The notes below the pieces were generated by a model. The model had not been told where the DNA came from. It saw only the letters and a list, made by a program, of their open reading frames with translations, and did no database searches. Below, one piece after another: positions 63,660-64,000 of a DNA stretch of 64,000 nucleotides. Source of the DNA: a virus; the IMG/VR virus record IMGVR_UViG_3300003323_000790, positions 16,993-80,992 of that record; one strand, 5' to 3'. The first letter of the stretch is position 1. Each line of letters starts with the position of its first letter. Both the position numbers and the translations under genes were made by a program.

Positions 63660-64000
63660 ATGGACAACCACACCTTGCAGCACTTCTTCGCGAGGGCGCG
63701 CCTTTATCTGCAGAACACGGCGAGCCGTAGTTGCAGCGGACCCTACCTCTGCAACGCGCTGATGTTTTCGGCGCAGACCAGCAGCGAACAGCTACTGTTC
63801 CGCCGCCTGGAAAAGCAGATCGAGTTGGCCCTGCACGCCGAGATGCCGATGTTGGCGGGCTCCCGGTGCACCTACGACAAGTTCGCCAAGGCGCAGGGCT
63901 ACGCCACGTCGGCCGAGTGGCGCGCCGGGCGCCTGCTCTGGCTCGACCAGATCGAAGACGCCGTCATCAATAACAAGTCGTTCCCTCCACCTCCCATACC
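63660..64000 (+). CDS. hypothetical early protein (R..WL paralog family), runs off window
   Basis: GGAG SD; YLCNAL...QI.LAL...GRLLWLD...FPPPP. Confidence 0.65.
   Translation, partial: MDNHTLQHFFARARLYLQNTASRSCSGPYLCNALMFSAQTSSEQLLFRRLEKQIELALHAEMPMLAGSRCTYDKFAKAQGYATSAEWRAGRLLWLDQIEDAVINNKSFPPPPI

Noticed and set aside
1-64000. Integrase/repressor lysogeny module, reverse transcriptase or DGR
   Set aside because: No recombinase, YxDD reverse transcriptase or TR/VR repeat pair recognised in this window

Overview
This window is about 64 kb of a GC-rich tailed (siphovirus-like) phage genome. The host is probably a Proteobacterium (inference). No integrase, tRNA or CRISPR array was seen. The + strand (1-29.9 kb) carries small early genes and a replication/recombination/nucleotide module: SNF2 helicase with an intein, primase-helicase with a LAGLIDADG intein, DEDDh exonuclease, MazG-like and DUF5664-like nucleotidases, TraR/DksA, family A DNA polymerase, ligase, ThyX, RecU-like resolvase, Mre11/Rad50 and a DNA MTase. 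The - strand (29.9-57.5 kb) carries lysis, tail, head and packaging genes. After 57.8 kb come a highly structured non-coding region and an array of small paralogous early genes. Most striking: (1) an intein in the helicase Walker B motif whose Vsr/DUF559-type endonuclease is overprinted in the +1 frame with its own RBS; (2) an unannotated 24-aa polyproline peptide, with a hairpin-occluded RBS, coupled to a multi-TM protein at the head of the lysis cassette; (3) a ~0.9 kb structured ncRNA candidate with a boxA-like site and a pseudoknot; (4) a family of late promoters sharing a GCAA-N6-TG spacer that reads as a sigma54 site on the opposite strand; (5) an MTase inserted between mre11 and rad50 inside an exact 22-bp direct repeat. 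All calls are by eye from motifs and synteny; no database search was run.
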